A stretch of 64,000 nt of DNA from Nostoc sp. DedSLP01. GTDB lineage: Bacteria; Cyanobacteriota; Cyanobacteriia; Cyanobacteriales; Nostocaceae. Where the stretch lies: NCBI GenBank assembly GCA_034530875.2, contig JAVRCJ020000012.1, positions 1-64,000 on the forward strand. Reading direction: 5' to 3'. Below the pieces are notes generated by a model, which saw only the letters and a program-made list of their open reading frames with translations, made no database searches and was not told the DNA's origin. Shown in pieces: positions 34,524 through 44,422 of this stretch. The position numbers were made by a program, and so were the translations under genes. Every line of letters begins with the position of its first letter. The stretch's first letter is position 1.

Positions 34524-34769
34524 ATGCCAGATCAAACAACAAATCAATTACCTGAAGATATCAAACAACAATTGCCCGAACACGCACAGCAGATTTTTGC
34601 AGCAGCCTTCAGCGCTGCCCAAAAAGATGGTTTGAGCGAAGAAGGCGCTCGTGAAGTTGCTTGGAATAGCGTCAGAAATGAGTACGAACCAGGCAGCAAT
34701 GGTCAATGGCAGAGAAAGGGTGAAGATACTGCCATACATAATAAATCTGTTACCTCTGGTGGCAATTAA
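34524..34769 (+). CDS. ChaB family protein
   Basis: LPEHAQQIF...A...VAWNSV motif. Confidence 0.85.
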   Translation: MPDQTTNQLPEDIKQQLPEHAQQIFAAAFSAAQKDGLSEEGAREVAWNSVRNEYEPGSNGQWQRKGEDTAIHNKSVTSGGN

Positions 34770-34933
34770 TTAAACATAATCCTTTCCAGTTCTAGCGTAA
34801 GACTTTAAGGGGAATTTTATTCTAACGAAGCAAGGATAAAATTCTCCTTTACTTTTTTACCAGTTCTGCAACAAAATAGAGACTTAGAGAAAGTATAATA
34901 ATTCAATATTAGCGATAAAAAGTATAAATAAAA

Positions 34934-35512
34934 ATGTTAATTCAAAAAGACGAAATTACAATTCGTCTCATGCAAGATGAAATGTATGATTATGAGTTGA
35001 TGGCAAAATGGCTGACCGATAAAAAAGTATTGGAATTTTATGAAGGCAGAGATAATCCTTTTCCCTTAGAAAGAGTTATAGAAACATACAAACCGATAAC
35101 TCAAGGAGATGAGCCAATAATTGGCTGTCTATTTTCATATCAAAATATTGTCATTGGTTATTTACAGTATTGTGCCCTCAATGACTTACTAGAAACAGAT
35201 AGGCAATTATATCATTTAGAACAAACTGATGGCGTTTATGCCATTGACTTATTTATCGGGGAAAGCCAGTATTGGAATCAAGGAATTGGCACAAAAATCG
35301 TGTCGTTAATTGTCAACTATCTTTTTGAAGAACTAGAAGCAAAGAAAATTGTCATTGACCCCCACGTTGACAATTCCCGCGCTCTGCGCTGCTATGAAAA
35401 GTGTGGTTTTGTAAAGGTAAAGTTATTGCCTGACCACGAACTCCATGAGGGAGAATATTCTGATTGTTGGCTGATGGCAATCGAGCCAAAGAAATCATTA
35501 CACTTAAGTTAG
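34934..35512 (+). CDS. GNAT acetyltransferase, AAC(6')-like
   Basis: IDLFIGE..YWNQGIGT and DP..DNSRALRCYEKCGF. Confidence 0.85.
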   Translation: MLIQKDEITIRLMQDEMYDYELMAKWLTDKKVLEFYEGRDNPFPLERVIETYKPITQGDEPIIGCLFSYQNIVIGYLQYCALNDLLETDRQLYHLEQTDGVYAIDLFIGESQYWNQGIGTKIVSLIVNYLFEELEAKKIVIDPHVDNSRALRCYEKCGFVKVKLLPDHELHEGEYSDCWLMAIEPKKSLHLS

Positions 35513-35546
35513 TTGCCCTGCTACCATTGACTGTCCCATAGAATCG

Positions 35547-36740
35547 ATGACTCAACAAACTTCTAGAATCTGCATCCTTGGTGGAGGCTTCGGTGGTCTC
35601 TACACAGCCTTGCGTTTAAGCCAGTTACCTTGGGAATCTACACAAAAACCCGAAATTGTTTTGGTAGATCGAAGCGATCGCTTTCTATTTTCTCCTTTAC
35701 TTTACGAATTACTCACTGGCGAACTGCAAACCTGGGAAATTGCCCCGCCTTTTGAAGAACTTTTACAAGGCACAGGAGTACGTTTTTATCAAGGAGCCGT
35801 ATCTGGAATTGACATCGACCAGCAACGGGTAAACTTACACGAAGGGCCAGAAATTGCTTACGACCGATTAGTGCTGGCGCTAGGAGGAGAGACACCGCTA
35901 GATTTAGTACCCGGTGCAGCAGCCTACGCCTACCCATTCCGGACAATCTCCGACGCCTATCGTTTGGAAGAACGCCTGCGATTTTTGGAAGAATCTGACG
36001 CTGATAAAATTCGAGTGGCGATCGTTGGGGCTGGCTACTCTGGTGTAGAGTTAGCTTGTAAGTTAGCCGACAGACTCGGCGAGAAAGGACGCTTTCGGCT
36101 GGTTGAAATCACCGACCAAATCTTACGAACTTCCCCAGAATTTAACCGTGAAGCAGCAAAGAAAGCTTTAGAAGCCCGCGGCGTATTTCTCGATTTAGAA
36201 ACCAAAGTAGAATTAATCGGGCCAGATACCATCTCCCTAGAGTATAAAAATCAGGTAGACGCAATTCCCGTGGAATTAGTCATTTGGACAGTAGGAACGC
36301 GAGTCGCACCAGTAGTAAAATCGCTTCCCCTCAAGCAAAATCAGCGCGGCCAAATTATCACCACATCGACTTTGCAAGTCTTTGAACATCCAGAAATCTT
36401 CGCCTTGGGAGATTTAGCAGAGTCTCATGATGCCGAAGGACAGCAAGTCCCCGCCACCGCCCAAGCAGCTTTCCAACAAGCTGATTACACCGCTTGGAAT
36501 ATCTGGGCTTCTTTAACGAATCGTCCCCTACTTCCCTTCCGCTATCAACACTTAGGAGAAATGATGGCACTGGGGAAAGACAACGCCACCCTTACCAGCT
36601 TAGGAATCAAGCTAGACGGACCTTTTGCATACATCGGTCGTCGTCTTGCTTATTTATACAGATTGCCGACTTTAGACCATCAGCTGAAAGTTGGTTTTAA
36701 TTGGCTAGTCCGTCCTATTATAGATACACTTTCTAAATAG
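35547..36740 (+). CDS. Type II NAD(P)H dehydrogenase family (NdbB-like)
   Basis: ILGGGFGG, IVGAGYSGVELA, FALGD, PATAQAAFQQ. Confidence 0.88.
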   Translation: MTQQTSRICILGGGFGGLYTALRLSQLPWESTQKPEIVLVDRSDRFLFSPLLYELLTGELQTWEIAPPFEELLQGTGVRFYQGAVSGIDIDQQRVNLHEGPEIAYDRLVLALGGETPLDLVPGAAAYAYPFRTISDAYRLEERLRFLEESDADKIRVAIVGAGYSGVELACKLADRLGEKGRFRLVEITDQILRTSPEFNREAAKKALEARGVFLDLETKVELIGPDTISLEYKNQVDAIPVELVIWTVGTRVAPVVKSLPLKQNQRGQIITTSTLQVFEHPEIFALGDLAESHDAEGQQVPATAQAAFQQADYTAWNIWASLTNRPLLPFRYQHLGEMMALGKDNATLTSLGIKLDGPFAYIGRRLAYLYRLPTLDHQLKVGFNWLVRPIIDTLSK

Positions 36741-36881
36741 GGACTGGGGACTGGATACTGGGTATTAGGAAGAGGCAAGGGTAGAGGAAATTCGGACAAA
36801 GTAAAAACACTGACTGTAACTTCTCCATTGCTACCCATTTCCCAGTCCCTAGTCCCCAGTCCCCAGTCCCCAGTCCCCATT

Positions 36882-37529
36882 ATGGAACAACCGAAAGTTA
36901 TTTTTTTAGATGCTGTGGGCACACTGTTTGATGTTAAAGGCAGTGTGGGTGAAGTTTACAGTCAAATAGCTCAAGATTTTGGCGTTACAGTTTCTCCTGA
37001 GATCTTAAATAAAGCTTTCATCCAAAGCTTTAAAGCATCGCCGCCACCTATGTTTCCAGACGCAGAACTCCAAGATATTCCCCAACGCGAGTTTGATTGG
37101 TGGCGGATAATTGCCCTGAATACTTTTGAAAGTGCGGGCGTTCTCGACCAATTTTCTGACTTTTCGGCTTTTTTTAGTGAATTATATATCCACTTTGGTA
37201 CCGGCGAACCGTGGTTTGTTTATCCTGATGTCATGCCAGCTTTAATAAATTGGCGACAGTTAGGAATTACCTTAGGAGTGCTTTCTAATTTTGATTCGCG
37301 GATTTATTCAGTATTGCAAAGTTTGGGATTGAGAGATTTTTTTAGTTCTATCACGATTTCTACCCACGTGCGTGCAGCTAAACCCGATCCTCAAATTTTT
37401 GCTATTGCCTTAAACAAACATAAATGTTCCCCAGAAGCAGCATGGCATATTGGCGATAGCATTGTTGAAGATTACCACGGAGCGAAAGCTGCTGGCTTGA
37501 AAGCTGTTTGGATTAACCGTGGGAAATGA
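36882..37529 (+). CDS. HAD-superfamily hydrolase
   Basis: FLDAVGTL, SNFD, KPDP, HIGDS..D. The upstream in-frame extension is STRR repeat. Confidence 0.9.
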   Translation: MEQPKVIFLDAVGTLFDVKGSVGEVYSQIAQDFGVTVSPEILNKAFIQSFKASPPPMFPDAELQDIPQREFDWWRIIALNTFESAGVLDQFSDFSAFFSELYIHFGTGEPWFVYPDVMPALINWRQLGITLGVLSNFDSRIYSVLQSLGLRDFFSSITISTHVRAAKPDPQIFAIALNKHKCSPEAAWHIGDSIVEDYHGAKAAGLKAVWINRGK

Positions 37530-37608
37530 TGAGTGCTGACACGATTTGCTCGTCTGGCTTGGGTTTGAGTAATCTGCTGTCTCGTAAAGCTGGAAAATCG
37601 CTTAATCT

Positions 37609-38652
37609 ATGAGTAAGTTTTCACCTTATCGACCTGATTACACTTTTGTAGAAAAAGTTAATCGTACACGTGTATTAGTGGGAGCAAGCAGCAAGGCAAT
37701 TTGGAAATTAATCAGTCAAGGTTGTGGGTTTGCTGCTTCAGTTGAAATCACCGACCGTTGTAATGCAGGCTGTCACTACTGTTATGTGTATCCTTCCCAT
37801 TGGGATCAGCAGCAACGAATGGCTGGCTATCTCCAGTTAACTCCTCAAGAACATCGCAACAATGAACTACAAGTATTTGAGGTACTAGAAAAACTCCACA
37901 AAAAAGGAGTTGTGCATTTAACTCTTGTAGGTGGCGAACCTGCTTTAGCGCCGAAAGTTATCCAACATGCCGCACAGATATTTCCTATTGTTTGGGTTGT
38001 CAGCAATGGGGCTGCTAAATTACCCCCGCTACCCAATTCAGTTAGTGTATTTATCAGCCTTGATGGTCTCAAAGAGTATCACAACCGATCGAGAGATCCC
38101 AAGGGATATTTCGATAAGAACCATTATGGCAACTTGACGGGTATGAGTGCGGCGATCGCGCGAAATATTAATGAATCAGAACGAGGTGCATTTATTCATC
38201 TAACCCTTACCCCACCTGTAATTTCTCAGTTTTCTGAAATTGTTGATTGGCTAGTAGCAGATATTAAGAAGTTAAGAGGAATTGTTGTGTCGGGTGCAAC
38301 CGTACAAAATCATCTCGACCCTTTGGCTTTCAAATTAGAAGATAGGCAACGATTAAAACAATTGATTGCAAACAAAGCCCAAGAATACGGGTGGCAATTG
38401 TTTCCTTTTAACAAACCGAAAGTTAATCAATTTTTATTTGATGAGAAATACATTATTCGCAAAGCTTCAGATTGTGTAATTGCCCGCAGAATTGAGAGTT
38501 TAGATTTTAACGGCAACAGTGTTGGCAAGTGTATATTGCGAAACCAAGCAGTTTGTGAAACTTGTGTCTGCAACATGACAGGCTTACAAAGAGCGATAGA
38601 AAAGTTTGATATTTCTACTATCCGTGGGGTAATTTCTACGTTATTTAGTTGA
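37609..38652 (+). CDS. Radical SAM protein with C-terminal Cys cluster
   Basis: CNAGCHYC, GGEP, and C-terminal C...C...CETC.C. Confidence 0.88.
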   Translation: MSKFSPYRPDYTFVEKVNRTRVLVGASSKAIWKLISQGCGFAASVEITDRCNAGCHYCYVYPSHWDQQQRMAGYLQLTPQEHRNNELQVFEVLEKLHKKGVVHLTLVGGEPALAPKVIQHAAQIFPIVWVVSNGAAKLPPLPNSVSVFISLDGLKEYHNRSRDPKGYFDKNHYGNLTGMSAAIARNINESERGAFIHLTLTPPVISQFSEIVDWLVADIKKLRGIVVSGATVQNHLDPLAFKLEDRQRLKQLIANKAQEYGWQLFPFNKPKVNQFLFDEKYIIRKASDCVIARRIESLDFNGNSVGKCILRNQAVCETCVCNMTGLQRAIEKFDISTIRGVISTLFS

Positions 38653-39263
38653 TACCAAGTTGCAATCAAAGATAGTAACTTGGGCTGGCAGTAGAGAGTG
38701 GGGAGTGGGGAATAGGAATACTATTTCTGAACGCAACTTAGTATGAACTACAAAATTCAACTTTACTATTTGCTAAAACCCTACCTTATATCTTGCATCA
38801 AGCGATTAGAAATCGCGGCTACACAGACAAAACCCGCCTGCGCGGATTGAAAAAACTTGATTTTGTGTTAGTCCGCGTAGGCTACCCGCTGTATTTGCCG
38901 CATCCTTTTTTTAAATTTATCTTAGTACTTTAGTACTACTAAAAGTAAAGTATTAAGCAAATATTAAGCATATCTACTTATACGTCTTGAGAAAGTAGTT
39001 TAGAAATAAGGAGAGGTATATTGTATAGATATTATAAATTATTTTGACAAAAGAGAAAAAATATGAATAAAAGACCAGAAATCCCCAATAAAGCTTACAT
39101 TTGGGCAAATATTGATTTTGATAAAGTTAAAAATAGAATAAACGTGGTAACTTCTAAGATTGAGCATGTTATCGAGAAGTACCACTTTTCAAGTAAACCT
39201 CGTGACTCAGGCAAAAAAAACTCTTAGGTTGTCTTTAGGGCGATTGCAATTGAGATTTTTTGC

Positions 39264-40184
39264 TTAAGAACGCCTGACATTCAAGCAACACCATTCTTTG
39301 CGCTTCCACAAGGTAGCAACCACCCAACCATGTTTTTCTAAGGTGTCAGCGACAGCTTTAGATTGTTCGAGTAGAATACCGCTGAAAATAGCCCAAGTGT
39401 CAGGCTTAGCGATCGCACTTATTTCTGGAACCAACTCGATTATCACGTTCGCCAAAATATTGCAAACGATTCCATCGACTGGGCTTTCCAGCAGTTTTGT
39501 CAAAACGTCTACACTTCCTAGTGCGGGTATTAAACGTTCTGCACTAATCTCATTCAAGGTGCGATTGCTGATAGTTGATTGTACTGCCAATGGGTCATTA
39601 TCAACCGCGTAGACTTTCTCTGCCCCTAGTAGCAATGCTCCAATAGAAAGGATACCGGAACCGCAGCCAATATCTGCAATTACCGCATGTTCTTGTTTGG
39701 TGCTATTGCCCACAAATGATTGTGCTATTCCACCCAGACGCATTTCCAGGGATTCTAGACACAGCTGAGTCGTGGCATGGTTTCCCGTACCAAATGCTAC
39801 ACCAGGGTCGAGACGGATTACTAGCCGTTCGGTTGTTTCTGGTAATGGTAACCAAGCGGGGTTAATGAGAAAGCGATCGCCAATTTCTTGGGGTTGCCAG
39901 TATTGCTTCCAGCTAGTCGCCCAATCTTCTTCATCAATCAATTGCCAGCGCAGGGTAGGAGTTGCAAGTCCTACACACAGCGCATCTTGACGCAGCCGCA
40001 GCGATAGTGCTGCCAAATCTAGTAGTTGTGTTTGAATTGTCGGCAAGTAACCCCTGATTAAAGAGGAATTTCCTTTACTTTCACTGGCTGTGCCACGACA
40101 GCCAAAATCTTCCAGCCGCCAAAAGATAGAATCTTCTAGGTCTGGTTCGCATAAAATTTGTAATTCCCACCAGGTGTTTGCCAT
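39264..40184 (-). CDS. prmA: Ribosomal protein L11 methyltransferase
   Basis: [28 protein letters not shown]. Confidence 0.95.
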   Translation of the reverse strand: MANTWWELQILCEPDLEDSIFWRLEDFGCRGTASESKGNSSLIRGYLPTIQTQLLDLAALSLRLRQDALCVGLATPTLRWQLIDEEDWATSWKQYWQPQEIGDRFLINPAWLPLPETTERLVIRLDPGVAFGTGNHATTQLCLESLEMRLGGIAQSFVGNSTKQEHAVIADIGCGSGILSIGALLLGAEKVYAVDNDPLAVQSTISNRTLNEISAERLIPALGSVDVLTKLLESPVDGIVCNILANVIIELVPEISAIAKPDTWAIFSGILLEQSKAVADTLEKHGWVVATLWKRKEWCCLNVRRS

Positions 40185-40330
40185 ATTTGAGTGCTGAGTG
40201 CAGAGTATGAGAGAGTTAGGAGTTAAGAGTTAGGAGTTAGGAGTTAAGAGTTAGGAGTTAAGAGTTTTAGTTTTTAACTTTTAACTTCTCACTACTCACT
40301 CCTAACTTTTTTCACTCAACACTCAGCACT

Positions 40331-41911
40331 TTACAGAGTTACTGTATACGCATCCCGAATGCCAGGGACTTTAATAATCTCATCTAAGATGCCCTCAGGT
40401 AAAGGGTCATCTATGCTCAGAGCCATGACTGCATCACCACGGACGATTTTTCGACCGACTTGCATACTGGCAATGTTCACATTAAAACTGCCGAGTAGCG
40501 AACCGAGTTTACCGATAATTCCCGGCATGTCGCGGTGGAGAGTAAACAGCATATATTTACTGGGTGGAACGTTAATCGGAAAGCCATCAACGTCGGTGAG
40601 ATGGATTTCTCTCTCGCCCAACAAAGCGCCTGTGACAGAATGAGTACCTAAAGTACCTGTAGCTTCTAGATGCAGCGTACCTGCATAATCTCTAATGGAA
40701 GTATCGCGGGTTTCAATTACCCGAATTCCGCGTTCTTTGGCTTCGATGCTGGCATTGACGTAATTTACACGTTCGCGCAAAGCTTGGTAAAGCAATCCTT
40801 TGAGGGCAGCTACTACCAAAGGCTGACTTTTGTTGGTTGCAAGTTCGCCTTGGAGTCGCACATTTAGGACTTCAACTCGTCCGCCAGCTAGCTGTCCGAC
40901 TAGATTACCTAGAGTTTCTGCTAGTTGCATGTAGGGTTTGAGTTCTTCCAAGACATCGGGGCCGAGTCCGGGGATGTTGACGGCTGAACGTGCGGGTAGC
41001 CCTAACAGTACATCCCGAATTTGTTCGGCGACATCAATGGCTACATTTACTTGCGCTTCCGTTGTCGATGCTCCCAAGTGGGGGGTGAGGATGACTTCCT
41101 TACCTAGCGATCGCAATTCCGATTCTCCCAGCGGTTCTGACTCGAATACATCTAAGGCTGCACCTGCGATTTTACCAGCTTTGATTGCTGCTGCCAAAGC
41201 TGTTTCCTCAATAATCCCACCACGAGCGCAGTTAACAATCCGGACTGTGGCTTTCATCTTTGCCAGAGTTACGGCATTGATTAAGTGGGTGGTTTCTGGG
41301 GTTTTTGGGATGTGTAGGGTGATATAATCTGCTTGCTGGAAGAGCAAGTCTAGTTCTACTAACTGACAGCCAATTTGTTCGGCCCGTTCTGTGGAGATAA
41401 AGGGGTCATAAGCGAGTAATTTCATCCCCATAGCCTTAGCCACAGCAGCTACATGGGAGCCAATTTTACCCAAACCGACAATACCGAGAGTTTTTTTGTA
41501 GACTTCTGCACCGATAAAGCTATTGCGATCCCATGCGCCACGTTTGACTGAAGCATTTGCATCGGGGATGTGGCGAGACAAAGCTAGAATCATGGCTATA
41601 GCATGTTCGGCAGCAGCGATGGTATTTCCTTCGGGAGAATTGACTACAACAATTCCTCGGCGTGTGGCGGCGGGAACATCCACATTATCCACACCTACCC
41701 CAGCGCGGCCGATGATTTTTAGCTGGGTACCAGCTTCAATAATTTCTTGGGTGACGCGCGTACCAGAACGAATCATTAGCGCGTCGTACTCACCAATAAT
41801 TTCTATCAATTCTGCTGGTTTTAGACCTGTTTTGACATCAACAGTTGCAACTTGGGAAAGAATGTCAATTCCAGCTTGGTCAATGGAATCAGAGACAAGA
41901 ACCTTAGACAT
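40331..41911 (-). CDS. serA: D-3-phosphoglycerate dehydrogenase
   Basis: RAGVGVDNVD, GLGKIG, TPHLGAST, C-terminal ACT domain. Confidence 0.96.
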   Translation of the reverse strand: MSKVLVSDSIDQAGIDILSQVATVDVKTGLKPAELIEIIGEYDALMIRSGTRVTQEIIEAGTQLKIIGRAGVGVDNVDVPAATRRGIVVVNSPEGNTIAAAEHAIAMILALSRHIPDANASVKRGAWDRNSFIGAEVYKKTLGIVGLGKIGSHVAAVAKAMGMKLLAYDPFISTERAEQIGCQLVELDLLFQQADYITLHIPKTPETTHLINAVTLAKMKATVRIVNCARGGIIEETALAAAIKAGKIAGAALDVFESEPLGESELRSLGKEVILTPHLGASTTEAQVNVAIDVAEQIRDVLLGLPARSAVNIPGLGPDVLEELKPYMQLAETLGNLVGQLAGGRVEVLNVRLQGELATNKSQPLVVAALKGLLYQALRERVNYVNASIEAKERGIRVIETRDTSIRDYAGTLHLEATGTLGTHSVTGALLGEREIHLTDVDGFPINVPPSKYMLFTLHRDMPGIIGKLGSLLGSFNVNIASMQVGRKIVRGDAVMALSIDDPLPEGILDEIIKVPGIRDAYTVTL

Positions 41912-42444
41912 GATTACTTTATTTAAAGCTACAGGTTTTGCTGCACAAGACTTTTTAGTTTAGTCTTTATCTGCCGCAATTCAGCAAAAATTATTCGTTT
42001 GAATATCAACTTAACCTTGAGTTACAGTGCGTGCTGATAGTATGCGATCGCCAGTTGCTTGGTAGTAATGGCTGCTGCCTCCTAGTCCTTAAACATGAGT
42101 GGGTGTTTACACTACCCTGTCGCTAAATATAAAGCATGAATGGCATCCCACTCTATATATTTATCAATAGTTAAGAGTTACCAAAGAATTTTGTCGGCTT
42201 CAGCAACTTTGCGGAATATGGCAGATTGGTCAGCTAAACTAGCCGAGGCTTTTGTTTGCTTGCTGGAGGTATTTTAGACGAGGCTAAGCAATACGTTTTG
42301 GTTAAAAGGGAAAGGGTTTTTTCTTATCCCTTTCCCCTTTCCCCGACTTCTGCAAGAAGTCTAATATGTGTTCCACTAAAAATCGCTATAATTCTGGTGA
42401 CCCAAAAAAACCCAGTATTATTTGAGTTTTCGGGAAACCAAGCC

Positions 42445-43143
42445 ATGTTAGAGTACAACTTGCCAAGGTACTTGCCTTCAGCCGAAGAACTACCCGACTC
42501 TGATGAAACCCCTGTGGATAATGAGCTACAAGAATTAATACCAGGTTTGCTGAAGTCGATACTGCTGATACTCTGGGCAGAACGTATGGACTGGTTTTTT
42601 GGCATAGATATGGGTATTTATTATCACCCGGATAAACCTGCGATCGTGCCAGATGGGTTTTTAAGTTTAGGAGTAGAGCGATTTTATGATGAGGAACTAC
42701 GTCCCAGCTATGTGCTATGGGATGAAAACGTTCTACCAATTTTGGTACTAGAAGTTGTTTCCCAAAATTATCGCAAAGAATACACCACTAAATTGGATGA
42801 ATATGCAGCATTAGGCGTACTTTACTACGTGATTTATTCTTCTCGCCGCCGCCGCAAACCTCGATTAGAAGTGCATAAATTAGTTAATGGTAAATATGAA
42901 TTGCAACAAGGAAACCCCGTTTGGTTACCAGAAATTGGTTTAGGAATTGGTTGCGAAAGGGGAAACTATAGCGGCATAACACGAGAATGGATGTATTGGT
43001 ACGATGAGGCTGGAAAACGCTATACCACACCAGCAGAACAAATTAAACAAGAAGCACAACGCGCCGAGCTTGCAGAACAACGCGTTCAACAGTTGGCAGA
43101 ACAATTAAGAGCGCTGGGAATCGATCCAGATAATCTCGGTTAG
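42445..43143 (+). CDS. Uma2 family endonuclease
   Basis: LPDSDETPVDNE, VPDGF, VLEVVS, coiled-coil tail LRALGIDP. Confidence 0.9.
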   Translation: MLEYNLPRYLPSAEELPDSDETPVDNELQELIPGLLKSILLILWAERMDWFFGIDMGIYYHPDKPAIVPDGFLSLGVERFYDEELRPSYVLWDENVLPILVLEVVSQNYRKEYTTKLDEYAALGVLYYVIYSSRRRRKPRLEVHKLVNGKYELQQGNPVWLPEIGLGIGCERGNYSGITREWMYWYDEAGKRYTTPAEQIKQEAQRAELAEQRVQQLAEQLRALGIDPDNLG

Positions 43144-43202
43144 CTAGTTTTCAATATTTTCACAAAGTTTTTGTTCTAAAAACTCTCAGAAAATAAAAAC
43201 TA

Positions 43203-44054
43203 TTACTTTTTAGGAATAACGTTTCTGATTCCACTTTTGGTAGAAACAGTATCCCCTTTGTAACGAGGAATAATATGAATACTGGCGTGCATAATATTTT
43301 GGCCTGCTTCTCGATTAATATTCATTCCTACATTAAAACCATCAGGTTCAAATTCCGCTTTGAGGATTTCTTGTACTTTATTTACCATAAACCAACAAGC
43401 GGATTGTTCTTTAAAGGGTAGTTCAAAATAATTGCTAACATGACGTTTAGGAATAACTAAAACATGTCCTTTACTGAGAGGATAGCCATCAAATATAGCG
43501 TAAGCTGTTGCCGATTCAGTTAAGAGAGTAAGATTTTTACGAGGATTACAAAATATACAATAATTGGATGAATTTTGCTGATAATTATAGTGAATATATT
43601 CATAAACTTCGCGGCTCTCATCTGAATATATTGAAGAAAAAGGAAGTTTGACAATACATTGATAGGTAGGTTTTTTGTGAACGTAATGTTCGCGAAAACC
43701 TTCTTTTTTAATGTCTCTTCTCACAGCATAATAAGCTTTACCTCCTGCTTTTAATAAATGTGATACTTGCATCAGAGTATTAGCTTGTTCTTGGGCAAAT
43801 AAAACATTTAAAACATAAAAGCAAATTATTGTATCAAATTTATTTTGAGGATATTCTGGAAAATAATAAGGGTCATATCCTGTAATATCACATCCTTTCT
43901 GGCGTAAAATTTTCACATCATTACCAAAGCCACAACCAAAGTCTAGTATTTTCCCTCGCAGCAGATTTTGATTTAATAAAAACTGTGCTGGAAATGATAG
44001 ATAAGTTCTTTCGATCGCAGTTAGATGGCTGTATTGATTTTTTTGCTGTTTCAT
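43203..44054 (-). CDS. SAM-dependent methyltransferase / HIT fusion protein
   Basis: LDFGCGFG; CIFC...GHVLVIPKRH...HASIHIIPR, with the middle His of the triad replaced by Ser. Confidence 0.85.
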   Translation of the reverse strand: MKQQKNQYSHLTAIERTYLSFPAQFLLNQNLLRGKILDFGCGFGNDVKILRQKGCDITGYDPYYFPEYPQNKFDTIICFYVLNVLFAQEQANTLMQVSHLLKAGGKAYYAVRRDIKKEGFREHYVHKKPTYQCIVKLPFSSIYSDESREVYEYIHYNYQQNSSNYCIFCNPRKNLTLLTESATAYAIFDGYPLSKGHVLVIPKRHVSNYFELPFKEQSACWFMVNKVQEILKAEFEPDGFNVGMNINREAGQNIMHASIHIIPRYKGDTVSTKSGIRNVIPKK

Positions 44055-44126
44055 AGAATTTTGGTGCAGATGTGCCAAAATTATTATTCCCAGCATTTTT
44101 TGAGGTTATGCGATGTCTACGGCAGG

Positions 44127-44422
44127 CTACGCCAATGCATCAGGGTCAACACCTAATTCTCGTAACTTAGCTGCTAATATATCAGCACGTTGACGTTCTT
44201 GTTCGGCACGTTGACTTTCTTGTTCTGCACGTTGGCGTTCCTGTTCGGCACGTTGGCGTTCCTGCTCAGCTTTTTCGCTACTCCACAACAGCAAATTTCC
44301 TTCTTTATCCCACCACCGCAGCCAATTTGTCGTTTGGCAAAGTCTTTCGCCATACCAAATTCCCAAGAATAAATCCAACTCAGGAATCCAAAAGCGTCCA
44401 TTATTATCTGCTTGCTGCAAAG
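44127..44422 (-). CDS. Uma2 endonuclease, 3' exon
   Basis: FWIPEL, WLRWWD and EQERQRA repeats; joins the 5' exon in frame once the intron is removed. Confidence 0.85.

Noticed and set aside
39264..40184. prmA as part of the GTPase-centre mimic system
   Set aside because: It is 25 kb away next to serA in a housekeeping context; likely coincidence.
42040..42250. Riboswitch upstream of serA
   Set aside because: No recognisable aptamer consensus; an Rfam scan would be needed.
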